Part shown: positions 29,632 through 39,272 of the stretch, in pieces
Layout of the letters: every line of letters starts with the position of its first letter
Numbering within the stretch: the stretch's first letter is position 1
From: Candidatus Latescibacterota bacterium
GTDB taxonomy: Bacteria > Latescibacterota > UBA2968 > UBA8231
Reading direction: 5' to 3'
DNA: 64,000 nt
Assembly: GCA_963422735.1 (NCBI GenBank)
Contig: OY730476.1
Location: 896,001-960,000, forward strand
Notes under the pieces: generated by a model
Told to the model about the DNA's origin: nothing
What the model saw: the letters and a program-made list of their open reading frames with translations, nothing else
The model's database searches: none
Program-made: the position numbers and the translations under genes

Positions 29632-30885
29632 ATGACGGCGAAACCCCACCTGCCCCCGTCTCCCATCGACGAGGGCAAAGTTACCGTAACTGCGATCGAG
29701 TCGGTACAGCCGCTTGACTTGTTCCCCGACTTGCTGCTGGTGCGAATCCACACCGACGCCGGGCTCATCGGCCACGGCGAAACGCATTACTGCGCCGAGG
29801 CCGTACAGGCCATGCTGCACGACTGGATGGCGCGCCGCCTGCTGGGTGAAGACGCGCTGGCCATTGAGTCGCACTGGCGCTTTCTCTACGAGCGTGCCGC
29901 GAATTTCGGCGTCCGCGGCACGGAACTCCGCGCCTTGTCGGCGCTGGACGTGGCGCTGTGGGACATTCTCGGCCAAGTCTGCAAGCAGCCGATCTATCGC
30001 CTGCTCGGCGGGCCAGTGCGCGACAAAATTTTAGTGTACAATAGCTGCGGCAACCCACAATACGGGCCGAGTACCACCGGGCGCAAGGGCTGGCCGGGCT
30101 TTGGCACCATCGGCGAACCGGGGCCGCTGGGCGATTCGTGGAAGCTATTCCACGAGCCAGTGGCGCTAGCCGAGGAACTGGTCGAACTGGGCTATCGCGG
30201 GCTAAAAGTCTGGCCCTTTGACCAAGCCGCCATCCAGTACGGCCCAGCGCGGATTCCGCACCGCGCAATTGAGGAAGGCGTGCAGCCCCTGCGCGAGATC
30301 CGCGACAAGGTAGGAATGGACCTCGACATCTTCGTCGATGGCCACGCGCATTTCCAGCTACCAGCGGCACTGCGCATCGCCGAGGCATTGCGCGAAGTCG
30401 CGCCGCTGTGGCTGGAGGACGTGATCAAAATGGACAACCTCGACACAGTAGCCGACTTTCGCCGCCAGAGCCGGATGCCCATTTCAGTGAGCGAGATGCT
30501 GTTGAGCCGGGCCGATTACAACTCCGCGCTGATGCACCAAGCCGCCGATTACGTGATGATCGACCCGACTTGGGTCGGCGGGATTTCCGAGACCACGCGG
30601 ATCGCCCATCTGGCGCAGACCTATAATGTGCCGGTCAGCATGCACGACTGCACCGGCCCGCTGACGCTTTTTGCCGGCTTGCACGTGGGGGCCGCGGTGG
30701 CCAACTGCTGCTATCAGGAAACCGTGCGGGCGCAGATCCAGACGGTGTATCGAGAACTGATCGACGTCGAGGTGGAGATTGGCCAAGGGTACGCGAGCCT
30801 GCCCCAAGGCTGCGGTTTGGGGGTCAGGCTGAATCCCGATTTGTTCAAGCCGGAACGGCCGGGCTATCGAATTTCGAGATGTTGA
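29632..30885 (+). CDS. Mandelate racemase/enolase-superfamily dehydratase
   Basis: IHTDAGLIGHGET, SALDVALWDILG, WLED, HDCTGP. Confidence 0.9.
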   Translation: MTAKPHLPPSPIDEGKVTVTAIESVQPLDLFPDLLLVRIHTDAGLIGHGETHYCAEAVQAMLHDWMARRLLGEDALAIESHWRFLYERAANFGVRGTELRALSALDVALWDILGQVCKQPIYRLLGGPVRDKILVYNSCGNPQYGPSTTGRKGWPGFGTIGEPGPLGDSWKLFHEPVALAEELVELGYRGLKVWPFDQAAIQYGPARIPHRAIEEGVQPLREIRDKVGMDLDIFVDGHAHFQLPAALRIAEALREVAPLWLEDVIKMDNLDTVADFRRQSRMPISVSEMLLSRADYNSALMHQAADYVMIDPTWVGGISETTRIAHLAQTYNVPVSMHDCTGPLTLFAGLHVGAAVANCCYQETVRAQIQTVYRELIDVEVEIGQGYASLPQGCGLGVRLNPDLFKPERPGYRISRC

Positions 30886-31170
30886 TTTGCAATGACGACC
30901 CAGATGCGTCTATCAGGACGGCTTTCGGCTGCACGGGTCGCCATAGCAGGTGCCAACTCCGAGGGACCGTCGTCGACAATCCCGTCTGTCGCGGAGGTGC
31001 GTCTCGCCGCTAAATTGACGGCTCTTTCCAACTCGCCCGGCTTGAGCAGTTTGTCCTTTGGTACTTCCGTCAAAACGCCGGCCGCGGCCGGATGCAGGGC
31101 GACTTCAAGTTCTTCAATGGCCATCAGTCCCGCCGGTCCCTAACAAGGCCACGAGTACGCCGAATGACCA
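30864..31170 (-). pseudogene. Remnant of an AAA_21/ABC-type ATPase C-terminal half
   Basis: LMAIEELEVALHPAAAGVL resembles the Walker B/D-loop IEEPExxLHP. Confidence 0.45.
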
Positions 31171-31178
31171 TATACGCC

Positions 31179-32465
31179 TCACGCGCCTCGCAGGACCTTC
31201 TCGATAGCGGCGCACACGATTTTTTCCGACCGACCCGACACAAAGGCGTCCACCGGCTCGTATCCCCCCTCGGCAAAGGAACTCGCCAGAGTTATGTACC
31301 CGGTCCCCAAATCCCCGTATCCCGCCACGGCGACAAAGGCATCTGGGCGACTCGCCTGCGCGTACAGTTGGTATTCGATAAATATCTCGCCCGGCAAATG
31401 GACCACCGCCACCCGGTCGTTGAGCTGCAGACAAGTGATGGGAATGGGCCGCTCGCGGCGGCGCAGATACGTCAGCATAAGGGCGGCTTTGCTGTGCACT
31501 TTGGCCCCGGTGGCTGCCGAGGCGATTTGCGCCAGCAGGTTTTCCTCGGCCAGATCCTCTCTCGGTGGCAGCCGCACCGGCTCGACCGTCCAGCGCATGC
31601 GCTCTAGCGGCTGCCGCGTACTTCCCTGCTCCGCCTCCAACATGGCCCGGTGGATGCGCTCGGTAAACAACTCCCGGTTGTCAGCTAGGCCGTCGTTGTA
31701 TTTGCCCGCGGTGACATTGCCCGCACAGCCGGTGAAGTATAGGTGCGGCACGCCGCTTTCCTCCCTGCGGCGGTTGCGCGCCAAGCCGACGAATTCGGGC
31801 GTCACCAGCCCAGTGCCGTCCTCGCTGGTGGGATGGACGGCATAGTAGTGCAACAGGGCCAAGGCCGTCTCTCTTTGGTAAAAGCCAATCGTCTTTAGCA
31901 TGGGGTCAATGACGCCTTCGGGAGCGGCTCGCACTTGCGGATCAAGGCACCGAGTCCAGCGCACCGCAGCCACCTTGCCGTCTGGCCCCATCACCCGCCG
32001 ATTGGAGGCGATCCGCTCAACCTTGGCCTGACCCACCGCAATATCCGTGCAGGGCTGTAGCTTGGTCATGGCCACACCCGCCGATTGTGCCGCCTCGGTC
32101 CGCACCTTTTCGGCCCAATCTCCGGCCATAATGATATTGGGACGGCCGTGGGCGTCGAGAATGTTCTGGGCATCGCGGTCGGGCCAAGGCGTATCGTGGG
32201 CGTGGATACAATGCACGGCCACTCGCTCAGCCTCGGTGCCTACGGCCCGGGCTAGTTCCTCGCGCCAGCGGTCGTAATCGCCGTTGCTCAATTCGGCCCA
32301 GTCTAGGGCGCACAAGACGAGCGGCAATTGATCGTCCGGCACTAAAATCAGTCCCAAGGTGGACAGCGGGTCGGCGATACCCTTGGCCGGAGGATACCAT
32401 CCCGCGCAGAGCGGATGGCCCAGCGGCGGCGTGACGTCGGATTGGAACGTGGCGAGTTGGATCAT
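31179..32465 (-). CDS. Neutral-ceramidase-like metallohydrolase
   Basis: DVTPPLGHPL, HAHDTP, NRR, HYYAVHP, GCAGNV, LPGEIF..YQL. Confidence 0.65.
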   Translation of the reverse strand: MIQLATFQSDVTPPLGHPLCAGWYPPAKGIADPLSTLGLILVPDDQLPLVLCALDWAELSNGDYDRWREELARAVGTEAERVAVHCIHAHDTPWPDRDAQNILDAHGRPNIIMAGDWAEKVRTEAAQSAGVAMTKLQPCTDIAVGQAKVERIASNRRVMGPDGKVAAVRWTRCLDPQVRAAPEGVIDPMLKTIGFYQRETALALLHYYAVHPTSEDGTGLVTPEFVGLARNRRREESGVPHLYFTGCAGNVTAGKYNDGLADNRELFTERIHRAMLEAEQGSTRQPLERMRWTVEPVRLPPREDLAEENLLAQIASAATGAKVHSKAALMLTYLRRRERPIPITCLQLNDRVAVVHLPGEIFIEYQLYAQASRPDAFVAVAGYGDLGTGYITLASSFAEGGYEPVDAFVSGRSEKIVCAAIEKVLRGA

Positions 32466-32762
32466 GGTTTCTCAATGCGGGAGATTGCAGGTATTACACC
32501 GATGGCCGCGCCGCCCTAATATACGTGGGCACCGCCCAAGCCGCCGCTCGCGCCCACCTGCCTAGATACAACTATATCGGCGTACTGCATTTGCCGGCGG
32601 CCACAAATCCTACAGCTTGGGCAGCCCCAATATCAATCGCCTGACCGGCACTGAAGAAAGCCGCCTCTAAGGCCTCAACTTTGAGTACTGGACCGACGAC
32701 AGCTCAGCCGAATACGCCCGCGTCCTCAAGCACTTGCGGGAGGAAGGGCCGTTTACCGAGGG

Positions 32763-33125
32763 CTAGGAATGCACAATATGCGGTGAGTTTCGCCAGTATC
32801 GCTGGCTGGGATTGAATCTGCGTTGCTTAGCCGAGTATTGCGTTAGGGAGTAGGATTCACGGAATCTATAGGAAGGCTTGCAAAAGGTGACGCTCCAAGC
32901 CAACTGCCCATTCTCATTCTCTGCCGTCAGCAGGGACGCGGCCCCCCAATGCCAACCCATCGCGGTATTTAGCGGGAAATCGCAACACTCGGCAATCAGT
33001 TGCAGACCATCGCTCAGCGTACTTTTGCCGACGGCATTGGCACCAATCACCACGGTTAGCGGATTGAGGTCGGCCTTAAACTCGTCGAGAAGCCGATAGC
33101 CCCCGATCTCAATTTGCGTAATCAT
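32763..33125 (-). pseudogene. Truncated AAA/SMC-like ATPase N-terminus
   Basis: ITQIEIGGYR..LTVVIGANAVGKST Walker A, then the sequence degenerates. Confidence 0.7.
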
Positions 33126-33196
33126 GCGATACTACCTTTTGCTCCAATTGTCCACAGTCTGACTGGGCGCAGGGTCATGGCGAGATCGCTTCCCTT

Positions 33197-34666
33197 TCAG
33201 AATCGAGAATACCAGTCCCGCAACGCCGGATAAAGCGCCCGGTAGCGATCAAAAGCTCGTCGGTAGTATTCTACCCGCTCCCGGTCGCAGCGCACCGTCT
33301 CGGCCAACTTGACCGTGCGCTGGCAGGCGGTGGCAAAATCCGCATAGAGTCCGCCGCCAACGCCCGCCAACAGTGCCGCCCCTACTGCCGACAGATCGTC
33401 GGTGGCGAGCCGCACCACGTCGCGCCCCAAAATATCGGCTTGGATTTGCCGCCACACCTCCGAATGCGAGCCGCCCTCGCCGATTCGCAGTTCGTCGATG
33501 GGCAAGCCAATTTCGGCGAAGCAGTCGAGCGAGTGCCGCAAGTCGAAGACAACCCCCTCCAACACCGCCCGCACCAGATGCCCCTTCGCGTGTCCCAGCG
33601 ACAGCCCGACAAAGCCGCCGCGAGCGCGGGCGTCGGGACGCGGCGTAGCCCTTCCTTCGAGCCAAGGCATAAAAAACACCCCATCGGCACCAGCGGGAAC
33701 CGCAGCCGCAGCCTCGGTTAACTCTTCGTAGCTGCCCCCGAACTCCTCCTTGAACCACTTGAGCGAGGCGCCCCCGGTAAACGAGCAGCCCAGCCAAGCG
33801 TATTTGCCGGGGATGGGGTGGCACATCGGCCAGAGCTTGCCAAAGGCCCGTGGATCCAAGGTTTCGGCAAAAGCCGTGGCGTGCGCCGCCGTACCGATGC
33901 CCAAGCTGATAATGCCCGGCTCAATGACCCCGGCACCGAGGATCATGCAGGGCATGTCCCCGCCGCCAGCGACGACGGGCGTGCCCGCAGCCAGTCCGGT
34001 CTGCTCGGCCGCGACTTGGGTTATGGCGCCGACTACGGCCGGCGAATCGGCCAAGCGCGGGAACAGCCCAATATCGACTTCCAATGCCTCCAAAATGTCC
34101 CCGGACCACTGGCGCTCGCGTAGATCAAAAGCCGCAGTTGTCGAGGCATCCGACACCTCTGCCGCCACCTGCCCGGTGAGCCGGTAGCGCAGCCAATCCT
34201 TGGGCAGCAGCACCCAGCGGCTCTGTTGGTAAACATCTGTCGCATGGTCTTTTACCCATAGCACTTTTGCTAGGGTATTAACCGGCCCCAACCGCATTAG
34301 CGTCCGCTCCCGCAGCAAGTCACCCGCGCGCTGCTCGGCCCAATCGCACTCTGCTTGCGAGCGGTGGTCGAGCCAAATCGGCACCCGCTGCAGGGGCTCA
34401 ACGGCGCTGTCGACAAATACCGCCCCGTTGATCTGCCCCGACAGGCCGACGCAGGCAACCTGCGCTGGGTCCATATCGGCGAGCACATGACGCACAGACG
34501 CGCACAGCCCCCGCCACCAGTCCTCCGGGTCCTGCTCGACCCACCGAGGATGCGGCTTGTAAAGCGGATACTCGGCCTGCCCTCTGCCGATGAGGTCGCC
34601 CGCCTCGTCGAGGAGGACGGCCTTGGTGCTTCCCGTGCCCAAGTCAATTCCCAGTGCGTACCGCAT
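33197..34666 (-). CDS. xylB: Xylulokinase (FGGY family)
   Basis: LGIDLGTGSTK, EQDPEDWW, LSGQ, AGGGD, RAVLEGV. Confidence 0.8.
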   Translation of the reverse strand: MRYALGIDLGTGSTKAVLLDEAGDLIGRGQAEYPLYKPHPRWVEQDPEDWWRGLCASVRHVLADMDPAQVACVGLSGQINGAVFVDSAVEPLQRVPIWLDHRSQAECDWAEQRAGDLLRERTLMRLGPVNTLAKVLWVKDHATDVYQQSRWVLLPKDWLRYRLTGQVAAEVSDASTTAAFDLRERQWSGDILEALEVDIGLFPRLADSPAVVGAITQVAAEQTGLAAGTPVVAGGGDMPCMILGAGVIEPGIISLGIGTAAHATAFAETLDPRAFGKLWPMCHPIPGKYAWLGCSFTGGASLKWFKEEFGGSYEELTEAAAAVPAGADGVFFMPWLEGRATPRPDARARGGFVGLSLGHAKGHLVRAVLEGVVFDLRHSLDCFAEIGLPIDELRIGEGGSHSEVWRQIQADILGRDVVRLATDDLSAVGAALLAGVGGGLYADFATACQRTVKLAETVRCDRERVEYYRRAFDRYRALYPALRDWYSRF

Positions 34667-34675
34667 CCGAACCTC

Positions 34676-35932
34676 CTATCCGAACCGATCCACGTTGCAC
34701 AAGCTCAGATCAAAACCCGGCTCCTCCCCCTGCACCATGCGCGCGGTCACCGCCCCGGTCACCGCCCCTAGCGAGACCCCAATCATGGCGTGTCCGGCCG
34801 CCACCGTGAGATTGTCGTAGGCTTGCGCCCGCCCCAAAAAGGGCAAGCCGTCCGGCGTACAGGGCCGCAGGCCCCGCCACACTTCGATTCGCTCTAGCGC
34901 ATCCGGCGTCCACGCTGGTACGTAGCGCGGCACCGCATTGACAATCGCGGCGACCCGGCGGCGGTTGATCGACGTATCCATGCCCGCCAGTTCGAGCGTA
35001 CCGGCAAAGCGCAGCTTGTCCCCCATCGGAGTGGTGCCGACGCGGGCCTCCACCAACATCAGCGGTACCGCCGGGCACGGATTTGGCTTGTAGTAGGTGA
35101 CGCTGTAGCCCTTGGCCGGCTGCACCGGCAGGGACAGACCCAGCCCGCGGGCCACGCCCGGAGACCACGCCCCACTGCACAGCACGACTTCGGCCGCGGC
35201 AAAATCCCCGCGCGTCGTCTCGACCACTTGGACGCGACGCCCTTTTTTGTTAAACCCCAACACCTCGGTTTTCTCGTTGAGCTGGGCCCCGCGCTCGACG
35301 CAGCGCGCGGCCAAGGCGCGCACAAGACGCGCCGGATCCAAGTGGGCGTCCTGCGCGTAAAACGCCCCACCCACGCAGTCCAATTCCACGGCAGCAGCGC
35401 GCTGCTGCGCCTGTTGGGCATCGACCATTTCCACTTCCAACCCTACCTCCTGCATCAGCTCGGCCTCTTCGCGGACGCTTGCAAGCCCCTGCTCGGTCTT
35501 ACACAGCAAAAGCCGCCCTTCGTGCCCAAAGGCAAAATCCGATTCAGCGGCCAAGCTCTGATAAAGCCGAAAGCTCGCCAAGTGCATATCGCGCAACAGC
35601 GGCATGGCCTGCCGCACCCGCCGCATGGTGCTGGCCTTGCGGAATTGCCACAGCCAAGCCACGAGGTCGCGATCCCAGCGCCATTTGATGTAGAAGGGGC
35701 TGTCCGGGTCAAACATCCACCGCAGGCCCTCGGCGATGACCCCGGGCTCGGCCAGCGGTACGCTGTGGCTGGGCACGATTAACCCAGCGTTGCCATACGA
35801 GCTACCCGCGCAGACCTCGTCCTTTTCGACCACAGTAACCTCGCGGCCCTGCTCCTGGAGAAAGTGCGCCGCGCAGATACCGACGACTCCGCCGCCGATG
35901 ACCAGCACATCTACCTGTTGCGTCATAGCCAA
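34676..35932 (-). CDS. FAD-dependent D-amino acid dehydrogenase family
   Basis: VIGGGVVG, SSYGNAG, PAKGYS, WRGLRPCTPDGLP, AGH. Confidence 0.88.
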   Translation of the reverse strand: MAMTQQVDVLVIGGGVVGICAAHFLQEQGREVTVVEKDEVCAGSSYGNAGLIVPSHSVPLAEPGVIAEGLRWMFDPDSPFYIKWRWDRDLVAWLWQFRKASTMRRVRQAMPLLRDMHLASFRLYQSLAAESDFAFGHEGRLLLCKTEQGLASVREEAELMQEVGLEVEMVDAQQAQQRAAAVELDCVGGAFYAQDAHLDPARLVRALAARCVERGAQLNEKTEVLGFNKKGRRVQVVETTRGDFAAAEVVLCSGAWSPGVARGLGLSLPVQPAKGYSVTYYKPNPCPAVPLMLVEARVGTTPMGDKLRFAGTLELAGMDTSINRRRVAAIVNAVPRYVPAWTPDALERIEVWRGLRPCTPDGLPFLGRAQAYDNLTVAAGHAMIGVSLGAVTGAVTARMVQGEEPGFDLSLCNVDRFG

Positions 35933-36040
35933 GCCTCGCGTTTGTCCTACACCTTGACGCCGGTTGTGTTTCGCTCTACGTATTCAGGGAGATTATACGC
36001 TGAAAACTTGCGTTGAGCCATAAGAAGGAAGGAACTATCT

Positions 36041-37084
36041 ATGCTAGATCGCGCCGTGCGCATCGGGACGATCGGCTGCGGCACCCAAGCCAACGTCCAC
36101 TTTGCCGGCATCAAAGCTCTGGGCGCCGACCAAGCGACGGTTGCCGCTGTCTGCGACCTCGACGACGAGCGCCTCGCCGCCGCCTGCCAGCTCTGGCCCC
36201 AAGCCCGCGCGGCCAAAGACTACCGAGACATGCTCGCCCCCGGCGACCTCGACTTGGTCATCGTCGCCACCATGCCCAACACGCACGAAGCCATGTCGTT
36301 GGCCAGCCTCGACGCCGGGGCCTCTGTGCTGTGCGAAAAGCCTTTTATGATGAATGTCGCGCAAGCCGAAGCCGTCCTCACCAAGGCCGCCGAGACCGGG
36401 CTACAAGTCCAGCTCGGTACCAACATGCGCTATATGCCGAGTTCGCAGTACTTGCATGACCTAGTCCAAGGCGGCACCATCGGCGAGCCAGTATTCTCCA
36501 AAGCGTGGGGCTGCCACCACGACCCGCCCGTCTGGGGGCCGCACTACCACCTCGCTATCTCCGGCGGCGGGGTTCTCGCCTCGACCCTAGTCCACGCGCT
36601 CGACTTGGCGATGTGGGTCGGCGGCTCGCCCAATCCGCTCACCGTCAGTGCGGCGACCAAGCGCCTCTTCCCCGGCAAGCGCGGGCCCAAGATCAACGAC
36701 GCCATTCACGCGCGCTACGACGCCGAAGACCTCATCAGCGCCTTGGTGCGCTTTGACAACGGCGCATTTTACTCCTTGGAGGGCAACTGGTGCAGCGAGA
36801 AAACCGACTTCCACAGCTTTGAACTGACCACCACCCAAGCTACCATCACCGGCGCGCCCTTTGCGGTCAAGGTCGATGTCGAAGGCGAGATCGTCGATCA
36901 GACGCCCCAACTCGACGACGACGACTGGTTCCAAAGCGTCCACACCCAAGACGCCACCCTCATCGCCCAACTCCGCGCTGGCAAGCCTTGGGACATGCAG
37001 GACGTCCGCCAACTCCGCAACCTGCAAAAGGTCGTCGATGCCTGTTACGAGTCCGCGCGTACCGGTAGAGAGGTCGCATTATAA
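36041..37084 (+). CDS. Gfo/Idh/MocA oxidoreductase
   Basis: IGCGTQA, VLCEKP, GGGVL..VHALD. Confidence 0.9.
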   Translation: MLDRAVRIGTIGCGTQANVHFAGIKALGADQATVAAVCDLDDERLAAACQLWPQARAAKDYRDMLAPGDLDLVIVATMPNTHEAMSLASLDAGASVLCEKPFMMNVAQAEAVLTKAAETGLQVQLGTNMRYMPSSQYLHDLVQGGTIGEPVFSKAWGCHHDPPVWGPHYHLAISGGGVLASTLVHALDLAMWVGGSPNPLTVSAATKRLFPGKRGPKINDAIHARYDAEDLISALVRFDNGAFYSLEGNWCSEKTDFHSFELTTTQATITGAPFAVKVDVEGEIVDQTPQLDDDDWFQSVHTQDATLIAQLRAGKPWDMQDVRQLRNLQKVVDACYESARTGREVAL

Positions 37085-37126
37085 CTTGCACGTCCACAAC
37101 GAGTTGACGCTCTGTAAGGAAATTCC

Positions 37127-37975
37127 ATGACCCAACCCAACGTCTGGACGCCCGTCGAGGGCCGCAGCACAACCGCCCTGCTGCACAGCCTGCCCCGACC
37201 TCTCACCGCCTTGGCCGCCGGCGATGTCCCCGCCGTGGTACTGCGGGGAGCCTATCCGCCCGACCACTGCCGAGACTTGATGCGCCGCTTTGAGGAGCGG
37301 GGCTATTTCGACCCGGCCACCGTGGGCCAAGCTTCCCAGCTAAGCGGCGGCCCCTACCTCGACTTGGGCACCAGCCTCGGACGGCTCGGGGCCGACCCAG
37401 ACGCCTTCTTCGCCCATGCCGCCCGCACCCACGAGCTGTTCGCAACGCTCTTCGAGGGATTTGCAGACCCGCTGCACACGCTGTACGCTGCCCTATCCGA
37501 CCTCGCTGAGGGCAAAATAGTACAAACAGCGCGCGAACCGGACGGGCGGCTCTACGGACCGGCCATCTTCCGCATGTATCACGCCGCCGAAGGCCACAGG
37601 CCCCACTACGATTCCGTAGCCAAGCGCTCCCGCCCCGGCTACGAATACGCAGTCGCCGACTTCCAGCACCAATTCGCCGGGGTGTTGTGCTTGCAGACTG
37701 GCGATGACGCCAGTGCCGACGAACCCTTTATCTACCGGTGCTGGGGCAACCAGCCCCATATCGAGGAAGTCCTGCGCCAAGACCGCTTCGCCGAGTGCGC
37801 GGCCGAGCACCGCATCCCCTGCGTCCAAGTCCGGTTGACGCCGGGCGATCTCTACTTCTTCTGCACCGAAAACATCCACGAAGTAAAACGCCTAGCGCGC
37901 CAGCGCCGCCGCGTTGTGCTGGCTTGCTTTTTCGCCATGTCGGCGGACAAACCAGAGCTTTTCGTCTGGTCCTAG
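37127..37975 (+). CDS. 2OG-Fe(II) oxygenase-like protein
   Basis: HxD (PHYD), PGDLYFF..IHEV, distal Arg. Confidence 0.7.
   Translation: MTQPNVWTPVEGRSTTALLHSLPRPLTALAAGDVPAVVLRGAYPPDHCRDLMRRFEERGYFDPATVGQASQLSGGPYLDLGTSLGRLGADPDAFFAHAARTHELFATLFEGFADPLHTLYAALSDLAEGKIVQTAREPDGRLYGPAIFRMYHAAEGHRPHYDSVAKRSRPGYEYAVADFQHQFAGVLCLQTGDDASADEPFIYRCWGNQPHIEEVLRQDRFAECAAEHRIPCVQVRLTPGDLYFFCTENIHEVKRLARQRRRVVLACFFAMSADKPELFVWS
37927..37974 (+). repeat. 48-bp direct repeat, copy 1 (3' end of oxygenase gene)
   Basis: CTTTTTCGCCATGTCGGCGGACAAACCAGAGCTTTTCGTCTGGTCCTA identical to 42739-42786. Confidence 0.95.
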
Positions 37976-38079
37976 GGGAACTTCTCGTCGGCCCGATGTT
38001 TTGCGGCCTCCCCCGCCAATTGACAAGCTGCCCCAGTCCACACATTACCTATCGCACGGCCTGATCCCAGCCCCAAGGC

Positions 38080-39161
38080 AATGCCGATGTCTGACTTTAC
38101 TTGATTCAACACTACCCCGACGATTTGTCCGCTTCACCCTTGGTCGCGACGACGTCGAAGTCTTAGACGTGCTCGATACCGAGCAACCCCACCGTCGCAG
38201 CCCGCCGCACTGATAGAAGGAGGTGTTGGTTCAAACCACCGACCGGACCGACCTGCCCATGCCGCGGCTTGTTGAGCAATACGGCCTGCCGGTGTATGCC
38301 ATCGCGATCTACCTGCGGTCGGAGGCGGGTCGGCGCGATTCGGGACACTATTTCCAAGAGCAGCCCGGCCACCGCATCTTGATTGAGTACCAGGTGATCC
38401 GGCTGAGCGAACAGGACGGCCGTCGGGGCCTGTGGGACTGCTGCCGTTTGCGCCGTTGATGAAGCCGGCGGCGGGGCAAGCGTCGGGGGATTGGCTGCGG
38501 CGCAGGCACACGCGTTGGACCGGTCGGCGAAAGCCGATTTTCTGGCCGGGATGTCGCTGCTGAGCGGGTTGGTGTACGCGCCGGACACCGTTTCTGCCGT
38601 TTTCTTTACGTGATGTTACGCAGCCTTACGATCTCTTGGTCTATGTCCGGTCGCGTCGTGTCATGCCTGCTCTTCACCGCGCCACAAGGCGTACCAAGCA
38701 GGCATTCAGAGTACTCTTCGGCGGTTCGGGCTTGGGCGACGGATCGACCGAGCGACTCAACGGAGCGCGTCGAAGCCGGTCCCCGTGCAGACGGGGGTCC
38801 GCCTCGGGCGCGGGGCTGGATTCCCGCTTTCGCGGGAAGGACCATGGACGGCGGCGGGAAGCCGCAGAGTCTGCCCCCGCGTAGGCGGGGGATAACGACT
38901 GCGGAACGTCAGTTCTTCAAGGAGGATCTAATGGATATCATCCGCGAATCACCCGTTGCCCAGTCCGCAATCAAGGTATTGAGGAAGGGCTGGAGCAAGG
39001 CATTGAGCAGGGGAGCCGAGAATTGTTGGCCCTGCGCTTTCAGCCGAAGGAAGCCCGCCGGTTGGCCAACCCGATTGCGGCCATTGACGATGTGCAGCAC
39101 TCAAGCAGTTACATCGGGCAGGCCCGAAGCCTTTAGACGCCTGTTAGAAGCCGACGAGTAG
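38080..39161 (+). pseudogene. Rpn/transposase_31-like PD-(D/E)XK protein, fragmented and interrupted by an insertion
   Basis: FVRFTLGRDDVEVLDVLDTEQP, YGLPVYAIAIYLR..EYQVIRL, GLLPFAPLM, DIIRESP..GIEEGLEQGIEQG spread over several frames. Confidence 0.65.
38609..38912. mobile_element. Putative MITE inserted in the Rpn-like pseudogene
   Basis: Ends (C)GTGATGTTACGCAG / CTGCGGAACGTCAG; flanks TTCTTTA / TTCTTCA; host frame ..VSAVFF|FFKEDLMD.. resumes after it; internal palindrome ATTCCCGC-TTTC-GCGGGAAG. Confidence 0.65.
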
Positions 39162-39272
39162 GCCCGCCTGTGATATCGCCGTGATTCAGACCGCTACCTC
39201 AAGGCCAGCACCTCGTTCAAACATCCCTCTTGTGCGACGATCTCCACCGCCGCCCAGAGGCGTCTTTGGCTC

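Noticed and set aside
32560-32766. Plus-strand coding-like remnant
   Set aside because: Interrupted by a stop and not assignable
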